A stretch of DNA of 64,000 nt, taken from an uncultured Gammaproteobacteria bacterium. Lineage in GTDB: Bacteria; Patescibacteriota; Patescibacteriia; Magasanikbacterales; GWA2-37-8. Where the stretch lies: the NCBI GenBank assembly GCA_964536725.1, contig CAZHYJ010000006.1, positions 482 to 64,481 on the forward strand, given 5' to 3'. The translations under genes and the position numbers were made by a program. Under the pieces are notes generated by a model. It saw nothing but the letters and a program-made list of their open reading frames with translations. It made no database searches and was not told the DNA's origin. Of the stretch, positions 20,252 through 30,208 are shown piece by piece (positions within the stretch are counted from its first letter, which is position 1; every line of letters starts with the position of its first letter).

Positions 20252-21004
20252 CTAAATTTTAATAACCAGCCCATCGTGGGCCATAATTGTATGAGGAAAT
20301 ATTTTCTTCGCTGCCTTAGTCCCGATCTTTCTTTTCTTCATAGTAGGATAACCGTTCGCACCGAAGTGGGTTAACACCAACTTTTTTACGCCCGCCTTTT
20401 TTGCTACTTCTGCCGCTTCCTCAGGATTTGAGTGCCCCCATTTGTAATCTGATTTTCCGAGCGACATCGCGCACTCATGTAACAAAACATCCGCTCCTTG
20501 TGCCAAACGAATATCGTTTTCACATGGAGCAGTATCACTACAATACACAACCACTTTACCTTCGACATATATACGATACCCGAGGCAAGGGTCGGCGTGA
20601 TTTATCGGCAAACACTCAAACTCAATCGGATGAGTATGTCCTCCTGGTTTTACCGTTAGAATCTCTACTGGAAATCGGTATTGTTCGGGTGGTGCGCAAA
20701 AAGGGTGCGAGGTGAGGGTCTTAAAAGCCCCACGACTACTGGGGTCGTCTTGATAAATAAACGTTGCTTTTTGTTTAAATCTAAATTTCGGCAACACATG
20801 AAAACCAGCTACATGGTCTAGGTGAAAATGGCTGATAAAAAAATATATTGGTCGATCATCTTTAATATATTGATCCAATTTATATACCCCAAACCCCACA
20901 TCCAAAACAATATATGCGTCTTTGGATTCTATCAGCGTACACATTGTGTTACCCGTTTCATGTGTATCAAACCAGCCATTCGTGCCTAAAAAATGTATTT
21001 TCAT
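20252..21004 (-). CDS. MBL-fold metallo-hydrolase
   Basis: HxHxDH motif (SHFHLDHVAG). Confidence 0.8.
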   Translation of the reverse strand: MKIHFLGTNGWFDTHETGNTMCTLIESKDAYIVLDVGFGVYKLDQYIKDDRPIYFFISHFHLDHVAGFHVLPKFRFKQKATFIYQDDPSSRGAFKTLTSHPFCAPPEQYRFPVEILTVKPGGHTHPIEFECLPINHADPCLGYRIYVEGKVVVYCSDTAPCENDIRLAQGADVLLHECAMSLGKSDYKWGHSNPEEAAEVAKKAGVKKLVLTHFGANGYPTMKKRKIGTKAAKKIFPHTIMAHDGLVIKI

Positions 21005-21113
21005 ATTCGAAATGAGTGAATGAAAAGGAAAATATAATTTTCCTTTTCTGAACGAATGAGAATATATCGCTTTAGCGAATATAATTATTTTAATTTACCC
21101 CAATATAATATAA

Positions 21114-21144
21114 CAAAACAACCCTGCTGTATAGGGTTGTTTTA
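21114..21144. terminator. hairpin terminator after recQ (aaacaaccctgctgtatagggttgtttt)
   Basis: 10-bp stem with A/T flanks. Confidence 0.6.
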
Positions 21145-21164
21145 AAATAATATATCATTATTTT

Positions 21165-23015
21165 TTACCGCCGTTCGCGCTTCGGAACTTTTTCATTAAT
21201 TTTGGAAGCAAGTTTGTGTTTGGCACAATAATCCACTACCACCTCAAGAAAAATCTTGCCATATCGCGCCAATTTAATATCACCAAACCCGGAAATTTTT
21301 CTAATCTCTTCTAGTGTCTGCGGTAAATATGTGGCCAACTCTAATAAAGTCGCATCGGAAAAAACCAGGTATGCTGGTACATTTTCTTTTTGCGCCAAAT
21401 CAGTACGCGCCACTTTGAGTTGGTCAAATAAATCTTGCTCTGATTCTTTGTCTTCCAGAGATTCTTCCTTTTCCTTCTTTTCTTTTTTACCCACCATTTT
21501 TACCAAGAAAACTTTTTCTTTCCCCAACAGCACATCCCGACTTTTTTCTGTTAATGCCAAAATCGGATATTCACTACCAACTTGTTTGAGGTAATTAAAA
21601 GAAATCAGGTCTTTAAAATATCGAAACCATTCTTCTTTGGGTATATCTTTACCAATACCGTAAGTTTTTAATGTTTTGTGATATTCCATTATCCGCTCGG
21701 ATTTTGAGCCGCGTAAAAAATCTACTACATAGGTCAATCCATACCGACTTTCTAGACGTGCTACTGCCGACAGTGCCTTTTGCGCGATCACTGTGCCGTC
21801 AAATTTTTCCCGGCCAACCAAACAGACATCACAATTACCGCATTGCTCTGACGCTTCTTCGTCGAAATAGTTAAGAATGGCTCGCCGTCGACAGGCATTC
21901 GCCTCACACAACGTCGCCATCTGCGCGAGTTTGTGTAACATCACTCGTGTTTGCTCCGGATTGTTTTCTACTTGCGCAAACCGTTTTAACTTCATCACAT
22001 CACCACCGCTGTAGTACAAAATCGCATCGCTTTTCAAACCATCACGTCCCGCCCGCCCGGTTTCTTGGTAATAACTCTCAATGTTTTTGGGCAAATCGGC
22101 ATGAATCACAAAACGCACATTAGACTTGTTGATCCCCATACCAAAAGCAATCGTCGCCACTATTATCTTAATCTGATCTTTCGTAAACATCTCTTGATGC
22201 CTCTGTCTTTTATCATTACTCAAACCAGCATGATATGGCTTGGCTGTAAAACCATCCGCTTTCAACTTGTCCGCCAACTTTTGTGCGGAGTTACGTGACA
22301 ATACATAGATAATACCCGAATCACCCCGGTGTTTTTTTAGGTAGGCGATTATTTGCTCATACATTTTCCGTTTCGGTTCTACCGAATAGTGGATGTTCGG
22401 ACGATTGAAGCTGGAGACAAAAATACTGGGATCTTTTAATTGCAATTTGTTTAAAATATCATCACGCGTCAACTTGTCTGCTGTCGCTGTCAGGGCGATG
22501 GTCGGCACATTGGGAAATTGTTTTTTGAGCGATGACAACATCCGATATTCTGGTCGAAAATCGTGTCCCCAGTGGGAAATGCAGTGCGCTTCATCAATGG
22601 CAAACAAGGAGATGTCTAAATCACGCAGGTAGACGATAAACTGCTGATTGTTGCCCAGCAACCGTTCGGGTGAAACGTAAAGTAATTTGATTTCATTTTT
22701 GTTTAGCTGTTTGTAGACATCAGAAATTTCCTCCTCATCAAGTGAAGAATTTAGATATGCCGCTTTAATACCATTTAAACGCAGTGCGTCGACTTGGTCT
22801 TTCATTAAAGCAATCAAAGGCGAAATCACCACTGTCAGCCCAGGAAACAACAACGCTGGAATTTGATAACAAAGCGACTTTCCCCCACCCGTGGGCATCA
22901 AAACAAACGCATCACGCTTACGCATGATGGTTTCAATGATTTCTTCTTGATTAAACCGAAACGCTTCATAACCAAATTTGGTTTTCAAGATTTGAGCCGG
23001 AGTTTGTATTTTCAT
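21165..23015 (-). CDS. recQ: ATP-dependent DNA helicase RecQ (helicase, RQC and HRDC domains)
   Basis: Walker A PTGGGKS, DEAH box (DEAHC), zinc-binding cysteines, C-terminal HRDC-like region. Confidence 0.93.
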   Translation of the reverse strand: MKIQTPAQILKTKFGYEAFRFNQEEIIETIMRKRDAFVLMPTGGGKSLCYQIPALLFPGLTVVISPLIALMKDQVDALRLNGIKAAYLNSSLDEEEISDVYKQLNKNEIKLLYVSPERLLGNNQQFIVYLRDLDISLFAIDEAHCISHWGHDFRPEYRMLSSLKKQFPNVPTIALTATADKLTRDDILNKLQLKDPSIFVSSFNRPNIHYSVEPKRKMYEQIIAYLKKHRGDSGIIYVLSRNSAQKLADKLKADGFTAKPYHAGLSNDKRQRHQEMFTKDQIKIIVATIAFGMGINKSNVRFVIHADLPKNIESYYQETGRAGRDGLKSDAILYYSGGDVMKLKRFAQVENNPEQTRVMLHKLAQMATLCEANACRRRAILNYFDEEASEQCGNCDVCLVGREKFDGTVIAQKALSAVARLESRYGLTYVVDFLRGSKSERIMEYHKTLKTYGIGKDIPKEEWFRYFKDLISFNYLKQVGSEYPILALTEKSRDVLLGKEKVFLVKMVGKKEKKEKEESLEDKESEQDLFDQLKVARTDLAQKENVPAYLVFSDATLLELATYLPQTLEEIRKISGFGDIKLARYGKIFLEVVVDYCAKHKLASKINEKVPKRERR

Positions 23016-23125
23016 TTTAAAACCGAAAAATATTTTTCAGTCTTAATTGTAGTCTTTAAAAAGCTAACAGTCAATCAACTTGTCTCCAGTTCTGTTTTCT
23101 GCTAATATTTAGACACAATAATTAT

Positions 23126-24343
23126 ATGACCGAACCAATCGAACAATTAAATTTCCCCAAAAACTTTTTCTGGGGTTGCGCCACTTCTGCTCACCAAATC
23201 GAAGGTGGGTTGATTAACGATTGGACCGAGTGGGAAAAATCTGATTATCGTGTTCAAAAATTGAAAGACACTAACTTGGACCCAAAAGACTTCATCTCCA
23301 ATAAAGCAGCCAACTCGTATTTGGAAAACAATGCCGACATCGCTTGTATGAAAGAAATGGATTTGACTGCCTATCGTTTTTCCGTTGATTGGTCACGCAT
23401 TGAACCCCAAGAAGGTGTGTTCGACGAAGTCGCTCTCGACTACTATTTAGATCTCATTAAAAAACTGCGTGGCAACAAAATCGAACCATTTGTTACTTTG
23501 TGGCATTGGCCACTTCCACTCTGGATGCGCGACAAAGGTGGTTGGCAGTCGAGAGAGATAGTCCACTATTTTAATCGTTTTGTCGATAAAACGGTGCGAT
23601 ACCTAAATTCTGAGGTGAACTTTTGGATTACACTAAACGAACCAATGGTGTACAGCACCACCAGCTATCTTACCGGCGAATGGCCGCCCCAAAAGAAAAG
23701 CCCTCTCGCCTACTATCAAGTTGTAAACAACCTGATTAATGCCCACCGCACGGCTTATGATATGATAAAAGAGATAGACGGCAACAACCAGATCGGCGTG
23801 GCCAAGCACAATGTATATTTTGAAGCTTACAAAAACCGACTCGTTAATCGCTTTTTAAAATCCTGTGCTGAATGGTGGTGGAATGAAAGATTTTTAAATC
23901 GTATCAATGACAAACAGGATTTTATCGGCCTCAACTACTATTTTCACAACAAGATAAACTACGGCTTCGGGAAAAAACATACCTACGAAAAAAAGTCTGA
24001 TGTAGATTGGGGTCTTCACCCGGAAGGAATTTACCATTTACTAAAAGATCTGAAACGATATGACAAACCCATCTACATCACCGAAAATGGTTTGGCTGAC
24101 AAGGGTGACCAACACCGCTCGTGGTACATCAAAGAAATATTAACCAACGTTCACCGCGCGATAAGAGAAGACGCTCCAGTCAAAGGTTACTTCCATTGGT
24201 CGCTAATCGACAACTTTGAGTGGGGCCATGGCTTCCATCCGCGCTTTGGTCTGTATGAGGTGAATTACCAAACCTTCGAAAGAATCGCTCGACCGTCGGC
24301 ACAATATTATCAAGACATTTGTAAAAATAATCGGGTAGCGTAA
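23126..24343 (+). CDS. glycoside hydrolase family 1 beta-glucosidase
   Basis: GH1 N-terminal signature FFWGCATSAHQIEGG. Acid/base NEP and nucleophile ITENG. Confidence 0.9.
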   Translation: MTEPIEQLNFPKNFFWGCATSAHQIEGGLINDWTEWEKSDYRVQKLKDTNLDPKDFISNKAANSYLENNADIACMKEMDLTAYRFSVDWSRIEPQEGVFDEVALDYYLDLIKKLRGNKIEPFVTLWHWPLPLWMRDKGGWQSREIVHYFNRFVDKTVRYLNSEVNFWITLNEPMVYSTTSYLTGEWPPQKKSPLAYYQVVNNLINAHRTAYDMIKEIDGNNQIGVAKHNVYFEAYKNRLVNRFLKSCAEWWWNERFLNRINDKQDFIGLNYYFHNKINYGFGKKHTYEKKSDVDWGLHPEGIYHLLKDLKRYDKPIYITENGLADKGDQHRSWYIKEILTNVHRAIREDAPVKGYFHWSLIDNFEWGHGFHPRFGLYEVNYQTFERIARPSAQYYQDICKNNRVA

Positions 24344-24353
24344 TTACAAAATC

Positions 24354-24382
24354 AAACACCACTCCAATCTGGGTGGTGTTTT
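24354..24382. terminator. bidirectional terminator (aaacaccac...gtggtgtttt)
   Basis: Between the convergent bgl and ung genes. Confidence 0.6.
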
Positions 24383-24409
24383 ATTATATACAAATTTAAA
24401 AAACAGACT

Positions 24410-25081
24410 CTACCACTCAATTTCTTTTTTGCTATGCGCACGTAAATATTCATTACACTGAGAAAAATGTTTACAGCCCACAAATCCGGAATAGGCTGAA
24501 AAAGGTGAAGGGTGCGGTGCTTCTAAAATCAAGTGCTTATTACTATCAATCAACACTTTTTTGCTCCGAGCAAAATTACCCCAAAGCATAAAAACAACAT
24601 TTTCTCGTTTATCGGAAATTGTTTTTATAACTGTATCGGTAAATTCTTCCCAACCTTTTTCTCGATGCGAGGCTGGGCTGTTGGCGATCACTGTTAGGAT
24701 GGCATTCAAAAGCAAAACACCCTGCTTGGCCCACGATTCCAAATTCCCCGTCGTACAATCTTTTCTTATTCCTAAATCACTTTGTATTTCTTTGTATATA
24801 TTTTGTAATGATGGTGGCACTTTAATATTTTCTGGTACAGAAAAACTTAGACCATGTGCCTGGTTGGTGCCATGATATGGATCCTGCCCCAAGATCACCA
24901 CCTGCACATTTGAAAATGGCGTTAACCAAAAAGCTTTAAAAATATCCTGCGGTTTGGGATAGACAGATTTTTTAACATATTCTTCCCGCACGAAGTCTGC
25001 CAGTTTTTGAAAACGTTCGGAAGAAAAGTATTCTTGTAGTACCGCCGCCCACTCGGGCTCGATATTAACTGGTTTGGTCAT
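24410..25081 (-). CDS. ung: uracil-DNA glycosylase, family 1
   Basis: VILGQDPYHG water-activating motif and GVLLLN region. Confidence 0.9.
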   Translation of the reverse strand: MTKPVNIEPEWAAVLQEYFSSERFQKLADFVREEYVKKSVYPKPQDIFKAFWLTPFSNVQVVILGQDPYHGTNQAHGLSFSVPENIKVPPSLQNIYKEIQSDLGIRKDCTTGNLESWAKQGVLLLNAILTVIANSPASHREKGWEEFTDTVIKTISDKRENVVFMLWGNFARSKKVLIDSNKHLILEAPHPSPFSAYSGFVGCKHFSQCNEYLRAHSKKEIEW

Positions 25082-25358
25082 AATACTAAAAATGTTTTTC
25101 GAATATGAACTTCAGCTCGTCGGTTATCTTTTCCCCATTTTCAATCATCTTTTTTATTTCTTCAGCGGTGCAGATATTTTTTCTCATAAAGCTCACTCTC
25201 CGAAACTGCTCCGACGACTTCATCTTGTTCATTTACGATTGTAACGTTTGGCATAAACACATTAATAATACATAGTATTTTGTCTTTATAATATACCAAA
25301 AAACCAACCATAGCAACGGTCGGTTTTGACAGAACATGATTTATGGCGTTAAGGCAAA

Positions 25359-26315
25359 CTACTTAAGATATGTTTCTTCGTAAAACTGTGGAAGTTGGCA
25401 TTGTACAAAACTTACACAATCATTAGGCGCTTTAATATCAGTGGTATTGATACACCTGATCACTTCTTTCGGCCAAGTAACGCACTCCTCCATACAGGTG
25501 TTATAAGCATCATTCAAATCAGTGGCAGTAACATCTTCGGTGTAAGAACTACAATCTTTATATCTTTGACAGGCATCAGCGCATTTGTCAGAAACTACTT
25601 TTTTTACAGGTTCTTTTGTTTCATCCTCACACAACGCTTTTAATTTTTTGAGTATATTATCTATTTTTTGTTCACATTCAGCCATCTGAAAAATATTTTC
25701 ATTGGGGTCTATTATGTCTGCTTCGTTAATTTCTGGTAAAGGTGGTACATTTGATGTAAGCTCAGGCACTTCTGAACCTGGTCGACCAGTGTTGATTTCT
25801 GGCATTTCCGGAATATACTCAGTAACAATTGAATCCATGTCTATCTCTGGTAATGGTGGTACATTTGATGTTAATTCGGGAACTTCTGAGCCCAACACTT
25901 TTATGTCTATTTCTGGCAATGGCGGTACGTTTGACGACAGCTCCGGAACTTCTGATCCTGGTCGACCAAGCGGATTGTCTGAACTTACCACCTCACCTAC
26001 CAATTCTGGTTCTACATCGGGCAACTTTGGAACATTATCCAACCATTGTTTTTTTCTGCCGGCCAAATCGGCCAGCTTTTTTTCCATTGCTTGTATTTTT
26101 TTATTAACAGCTTCTTTGTTGTCACAATTTGTACCAACAAACATTTGCAACTGCTCCGCTTCAGACAACAATTCTTTGTAGTCAACCACAATATTATCCG
26201 GACTATCCAAACCATCTTGTTGTGAGTCAGGTAAATTTCCTAAAACAAAGTAACTGGCGATACCCAAAACCGCCAAGGAAGAAGCGCCTAACAAAAATTT
26301 TTGTATTATACTCAT
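25359..26315 (-). CDS. secreted protein with three tandem 21-aa repeats and a C-terminal Cys-rich domain
   Basis: Signal peptide. Repeats GSEVPEL(S/T)SNVPPLPEI(D/N) x3. Eight or more Cys in the last ~90 aa. Confidence 0.6.
   Translation of the reverse strand: MSIIQKFLLGASSLAVLGIASYFVLGNLPDSQQDGLDSPDNIVVDYKELLSEAEQLQMFVGTNCDNKEAVNKKIQAMEKKLADLAGRKKQWLDNVPKLPDVEPELVGEVVSSDNPLGRPGSEVPELSSNVPPLPEIDIKVLGSEVPELTSNVPPLPEIDMDSIVTEYIPEMPEINTGRPGSEVPELTSNVPPLPEINEADIIDPNENIFQMAECEQKIDNILKKLKALCEDETKEPVKKVVSDKCADACQRYKDCSSYTEDVTATDLNDAYNTCMEECVTWPKEVIRCINTTDIKAPNDCVSFVQCQLPQFYEETYLK
25716..25937. repeat. three tandem ~63-75 bp coding repeats inside the 25359-26315 gene
   Basis: Repeated DNA units ctggtaatggtggtacatttgatg...acttctga(a/g)cc. 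Confidence 0.6.
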
Positions 26316-26372
26316 ATAATTTTAATTTAATCAGCAAAGTAAAAACGTAGGTTAGCACAAAGGAACATTGCG

Positions 26373-26460
26373 CGGAGAAGGAGGGATTTGAACCCTCGGT
26401 GCCCTTTCGAACACGCCAGTTTTCGAAACTGGTGCCTTAAACCAACTCAGCCACCTCTCC
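26373..26460 (-). tRNA. tRNA-Ser (anticodon CGA), long variable arm
   Basis: Acceptor GGAGAGG/CTTCTCC. Anticodon loop UUCGAAA. Type II variable arm. Confidence 0.85.
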
Positions 26461-26537
26461 AATAAAATTCCCACCTTGGAGATGGGAAAGTTAGACTGTT
26501 AAAATATTACCATTTTTAAAGAATTTTTGTCAATTAT

Positions 26538-27074
26538 TTACTCAATACAACAATCAATTGCTTTTTTAACTAGTGTCCCAAGTTTTCCCATAAACCCTTT
26601 CTTTTCTTCGTCTTGTTTATTTATGGCATTATCATCAATCTTCTTAATATCGCCAACATTAAGTAACTTCATGTTTAAACCCCAAAATAATGAATATAAA
26701 TTATAGGCCTTGCCGAACAAATCATAAGCTTCTTCTTTTTTGTCCATACCTAATTGTTTTGTCCCTACTTCCATTAACCGCATTGATGCGGCGAGGAGGT
26801 GTTTAGAAATACACCAGACTTCGCCTTCATATTCTTTGATAATCTTTTTTAACAATTCTTTTCTCATTTCACGAACATCCTTAACCATATCATAATATTC
26901 ATTCTTTCCGGTTTTTGCTCCAGAAAAAAAGAAGTGCTCTTCAATACTTATCAAGTTCATAATAGCAATAGTCAGATCTTGATCAGAAGATAGGTCCATT
27001 TTTTCCTGCTTTTTCATTTGATCAACTTTTTCAATAAATTCGTTTAGATTTTTGACTGGGTTTTGTGTGGTCAT
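26538..27074 (-). CDS. hypothetical protein; last gene of the redox operon
   Basis: 178-aa ORF on the same strand as the upstream operon genes and downstream of them. Confidence 0.5.
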   Translation of the reverse strand: MTTQNPVKNLNEFIEKVDQMKKQEKMDLSSDQDLTIAIMNLISIEEHFFFSGAKTGKNEYYDMVKDVREMRKELLKKIIKEYEGEVWCISKHLLAASMRLMEVGTKQLGMDKKEEAYDLFGKAYNLYSLFWGLNMKLLNVGDIKKIDDNAINKQDEEKKGFMGKLGTLVKKAIDCCIE

Positions 27075-27182
27075 ATTATTTAGTTAAAAAATAAAAATAT
27101 AAAAACTTTTTTAATAGGCAAGTGTTAGTTGGTAAAAAAAGCAAACCACCAAATAATGCTAATTTTGATTTTATTCTCTCTA

Positions 27183-27917
27183 TTACCATAAGTTAATTAG
27201 ATATTTAAACAAATATTGCAAATAATAAACTCCGGCCACAATAAAAATACTCGCTACTACACACCGCATCACTTTTTCAATTTTCTGCACCACCTGAAAA
27301 GTTTTGCTAACCTTTTGCACAGAAAAAGCGATTAAAAAAGAAAATATAATGACGGGTAATCCCGTGCCAAAAGCAAATAACAGAGGTAAAAATACTCCTC
27401 CTGTTGTTTTCAAAACTAACGGTATGAGTGCCCCGAAAAACAACACCCCACTATAAGGACAAAAAGCTAAGGCAAACAGCATGCCGAGCAGAAGTGAACC
27501 CGCGTAGCCTTTGTTTGATAACCAAGCCTTTATTCTCTCCATTTTCTCACTTGATCCTTTAATATTAATTTTTATAACATTAAACATTACCAAACCAATC
27601 ATAATCAAAACCGGTCCTAATATTTTATCTCCCCAGCCTTGAAATATCCTTGATATTCTAAAAGAAGATACGCCAAAATAAATAAGCAGGGCCAGTATTG
27701 CATAGCTAATTCCTCGACCCAAGGTATAAAACAAACCATTAAGTAAAGTATTTTTAACAGTTTTAATTTCACGAGAAATATACGCAATAGCGGTAATATT
27801 GGTAGCCAGCGGACAAGGACTAATAGAAGTAAGAACACCTAATAAAAAGGCGGTTAAAACTGGAATATTATAATTGTCTATCAAAGAATTGATTATATCC
27901 ATAAAATTATTTGCCAA
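27183..27917 (-). CDS. CcdA/DsbD-like transmembrane thiol-disulfide transporter (DsbD_2-like)
   Basis: Polytopic membrane protein with SPCPLA in TM1. CcdA signature is SPCxLP. Confidence 0.55.
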   Translation of the reverse strand: MANNFMDIINSLIDNYNIPVLTAFLLGVLTSISPCPLATNITAIAYISREIKTVKNTLLNGLFYTLGRGISYAILALLIYFGVSSFRISRIFQGWGDKILGPVLIMIGLVMFNVIKINIKGSSEKMERIKAWLSNKGYAGSLLLGMLFALAFCPYSGVLFFGALIPLVLKTTGGVFLPLLFAFGTGLPVIIFSFLIAFSVQKVSKTFQVVQKIEKVMRCVVASIFIVAGVYYLQYLFKYLINLW

Positions 27918-28374
27918 GTAGTTTTTTCAATTTGTTTTCAAAATAATCTTTGAATCCTTCCTCATCAGATACAAGTCGCCAGACAACCACATCTTCTTCA
28001 ATATTATCCTTGCCATCAATAGTGGTATTTATAAAAACAGAAGACCCGCCAGCTTGATACTTTATAACAATACCTCTATTTTCCGGCAACTCACCATTAA
28101 TTTCTTTAAAAACAATTATACCATTTTTGTATTCTTCCGGGAATCTCTCTTTAATTGTTTTCAAGGCAAGCTCTCCCGCAGTAATACATGACCAACATTG
28201 CTGCGTAGCGTGAAAGTGAACTACTTCTATTTTTTCTGCTGGTTGTTTTTGCACAGCAGAAACATTTTCAGTTTTAGAAGGACTCGTGCTAGTAACCCAA
28301 ATGATAGCTATCAACCCAAGGATAACACCTAAACCAACAAGTATGCCAAAGATTATACTTTTTTTACTACTCAT
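27907..28374 (-). CDS. membrane-anchored CxxC (CWSC) protein
   Basis: N-terminal TM plus CWSC motif. Translationally coupled overlaps on both sides. Confidence 0.5.
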   Translation of the reverse strand: MSSKKSIIFGILVGLGVILGLIAIIWVTSTSPSKTENVSAVQKQPAEKIEVVHFHATQQCWSCITAGELALKTIKERFPEEYKNGIIVFKEINGELPENRGIVIKYQAGGSSVFINTTIDGKDNIEEDVVVWRLVSDEEGFKDYFENKLKKLLGK

Positions 28375-29384
28375 AAATTATAAATAATATTAAAAATATA
28401 GCCCATAATCATAATACCAATTAGAGTAATACCTAAAAAAGTAGCCAACAATTGCCAACTCATTACTTTCTTCAAGATCATTGCTTCCGGAATGGAAATT
28501 GTTACAATGGCGGTCATAAATGCCAACACCGTACCAAGTGGCACGCCTTTTCCGACCAAAGCTTCCATTACCGGAATAACACTAACGGAATTTGCATAAA
28601 GCGGAGAGCCGAGCAATGTTGCGAGGGGTACTGCCCACCATGATTTTATTGAAAGGTATTGTTCGACCAAACTCACCGGAACAAAACCATGTATTAATGC
28701 TCCAATACTTACACCTAATACAACATAAGGGAATACGGTTTTAGTAATAGCAAACCCGTCTTTCCAGAAATTTGTAATCAATTTTTTAAAAGGTAAAGCA
28801 ACACCGCCATTTTCCGCCATTGCCTGCTGTCTGGATTTGAATTTGAGCAATTCTGGTCTGATGTATTTTTCTAAATGTAATCTTTGCATTAACATCCCAC
28901 CCAAAACAGCAACAGAAAGCCCGACTAAATTGTAGATAATAGTTACTTTCCAGCCAAACATTGCGGGAAATAAATATAGCGAAGATTCGTTTATAAGTGG
29001 GGAGGCAATTAAAAAAGCAAAAGTAACTCCAAGCGGAATACCCGCCCCCACAAACCCAATAAAGAGCGGGATTGAGGAACAAGAACAAAACGGAGTGATG
29101 ACGCCCAATACTGCCGCCAAAACATAATCCAATCCAAACCAGCATCGTTTTGTCAAAATATCCCGTACTTTTTCCATAGGAAAATAGTAGCGAGTGATGG
29201 CCATAACATAGTTAATCACAACCAAAAGCAAACCGATTTTGATAACATCATAAATAAAAAAATTTATTGCGTTTCCCCAGTATATGTCGGTTATCCCCAG
29301 CCATTTGTAAGTAGTCAGATCGGCAAATAGTTGGATCGGCTTAAAAATATCCATAACAATTAGCATTTGCCCCCGCACGAACAA
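28371..29384 (-). CDS. permease of the COG0701/DUF318 family (two-Cys motif)
   Basis: Polytopic protein with CSC motif in TPFCSCSSIPLFIG. This family typically neighbours ArsR and the redox-active disulfide protein. Confidence 0.7.
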   Translation of the reverse strand: MFVRGQMLIVMDIFKPIQLFADLTTYKWLGITDIYWGNAINFFIYDVIKIGLLLVVINYVMAITRYYFPMEKVRDILTKRCWFGLDYVLAAVLGVITPFCSCSSIPLFIGFVGAGIPLGVTFAFLIASPLINESSLYLFPAMFGWKVTIIYNLVGLSVAVLGGMLMQRLHLEKYIRPELLKFKSRQQAMAENGGVALPFKKLITNFWKDGFAITKTVFPYVVLGVSIGALIHGFVPVSLVEQYLSIKSWWAVPLATLLGSPLYANSVSVIPVMEALVGKGVPLGTVLAFMTAIVTISIPEAMILKKVMSWQLLATFLGITLIGIMIMGYIFNIIYNL

Positions 29385-29659
29385 CCTCCAGTTGGTTTGG
29401 TTGATATTTCTTGTTGTGGTTTTCTGTTTTTAGAGATCATTTCTTTTATGTCCTCTACTGCTGGTATTGTTCCATAACTCATGATATTTTCGTCTATAAC
29501 TAAAGCCGGCGTACTCATAACACCATACCCGATGATTAAACCCATATCTATAACTTTTTCTATCACAACTTCAACACCTAATTCTTCCACCGCTTTTTTA
29601 GCATTAGCTTCTAACTTAACGCAATTAGGACAGCCTGAACCTAGGATTTTAATTACCAT
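29360..29659 (-). CDS. thioredoxin-fold redox-active disulfide protein (Thioredoxin_3 / TM0983-like)
   Basis: ILGSGCPNC active-site motif. About 100 aa. Confidence 0.8.
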   Translation of the reverse strand: MVIKILGSGCPNCVKLEANAKKAVEELGVEVVIEKVIDMGLIIGYGVMSTPALVIDENIMSYGTIPAVEDIKEMISKNRKPQQEISTKPTGGCSCGGKC

Positions 29660-29972
29660 AGCACTTTGGCTTTAAGAATAAATGTAAATTAGTTAGTTGT
29701 TTATTTAGGTTTTTGTTATTTAATTCGTAAAATACTTTTAAACCCCGCTTGTTTGGTTTTACTAATCCGGCTTCTTTTAAGACGCCCAGATGGTGCGAGA
29801 TTAAATTTTGAGGTAATTCCAAAGCTGGCCAAATTTCACAGACGCATTTTGGACCATTTTTGAGCATACACAAAATACGCACCCGATTTTCTTCACCTAC
29901 AATTTTTAAAAAATCCACTGTTTTTTTAAGATCGCTGGTGGCCTTTTTATTTTCACAACATTTTATTGGCAT
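29649..29972 (-). CDS. ArsR/SmtB-family transcriptional regulator
   Basis: HTH region ILCMLKNGPKCVCEIWPAL..ISHHLGVLKEAGLV. Confidence 0.85.
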   Translation of the reverse strand: MPIKCCENKKATSDLKKTVDFLKIVGEENRVRILCMLKNGPKCVCEIWPALELPQNLISHHLGVLKEAGLVKPNKRGLKVFYELNNKNLNKQLTNLHLFLKPKCYGN

Positions 29973-30046
29973 CTTGTTTACTTAGACTACATCAATTACG
30001 GTTGATATTATACAAAACAATTATCTTCCTTGCAAGCATAAAAACA

Positions 30047-30074
30047 AAAAAATCTGGTTTAAGTCAGATTTTTG
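30047..30074 (-). terminator. hairpin plus T-run directly after the tRNA-Ser(TGA) 3' end
   Basis: Stem aaatctg/cagattt followed by a T-run on the minus strand. Confidence 0.5.
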
Positions 30075-30161
30075 CGGAAGGGGTGGGATTCGAACCCACG
30101 GATCACTTGCGTAATCAACAGTTTTCAAGACTGTCCTCGTAAACCACTTGAGTACCCTTCC
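30075..30161 (-). tRNA. tRNA-Ser (anticodon TGA), long variable arm
   Basis: Acceptor GGAAGGG/CCCTTCC. Anticodon loop CUUGAAA. TTCGAAT T-loop. Confidence 0.85.
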
Positions 30162-30208
30162 ATTACTCTAACAAAATATCATAAAACCCAGCAAAAAACA
30201 AGGGTGCT

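Noticed and set aside
25085-25252. Two overlapping 30-33-codon minus-strand ORFs between ung and the repeat-protein gene
   Set aside because: Different frames, no RBS, below any reasonable confidence. More likely promoter or 5'-UTR sequence.
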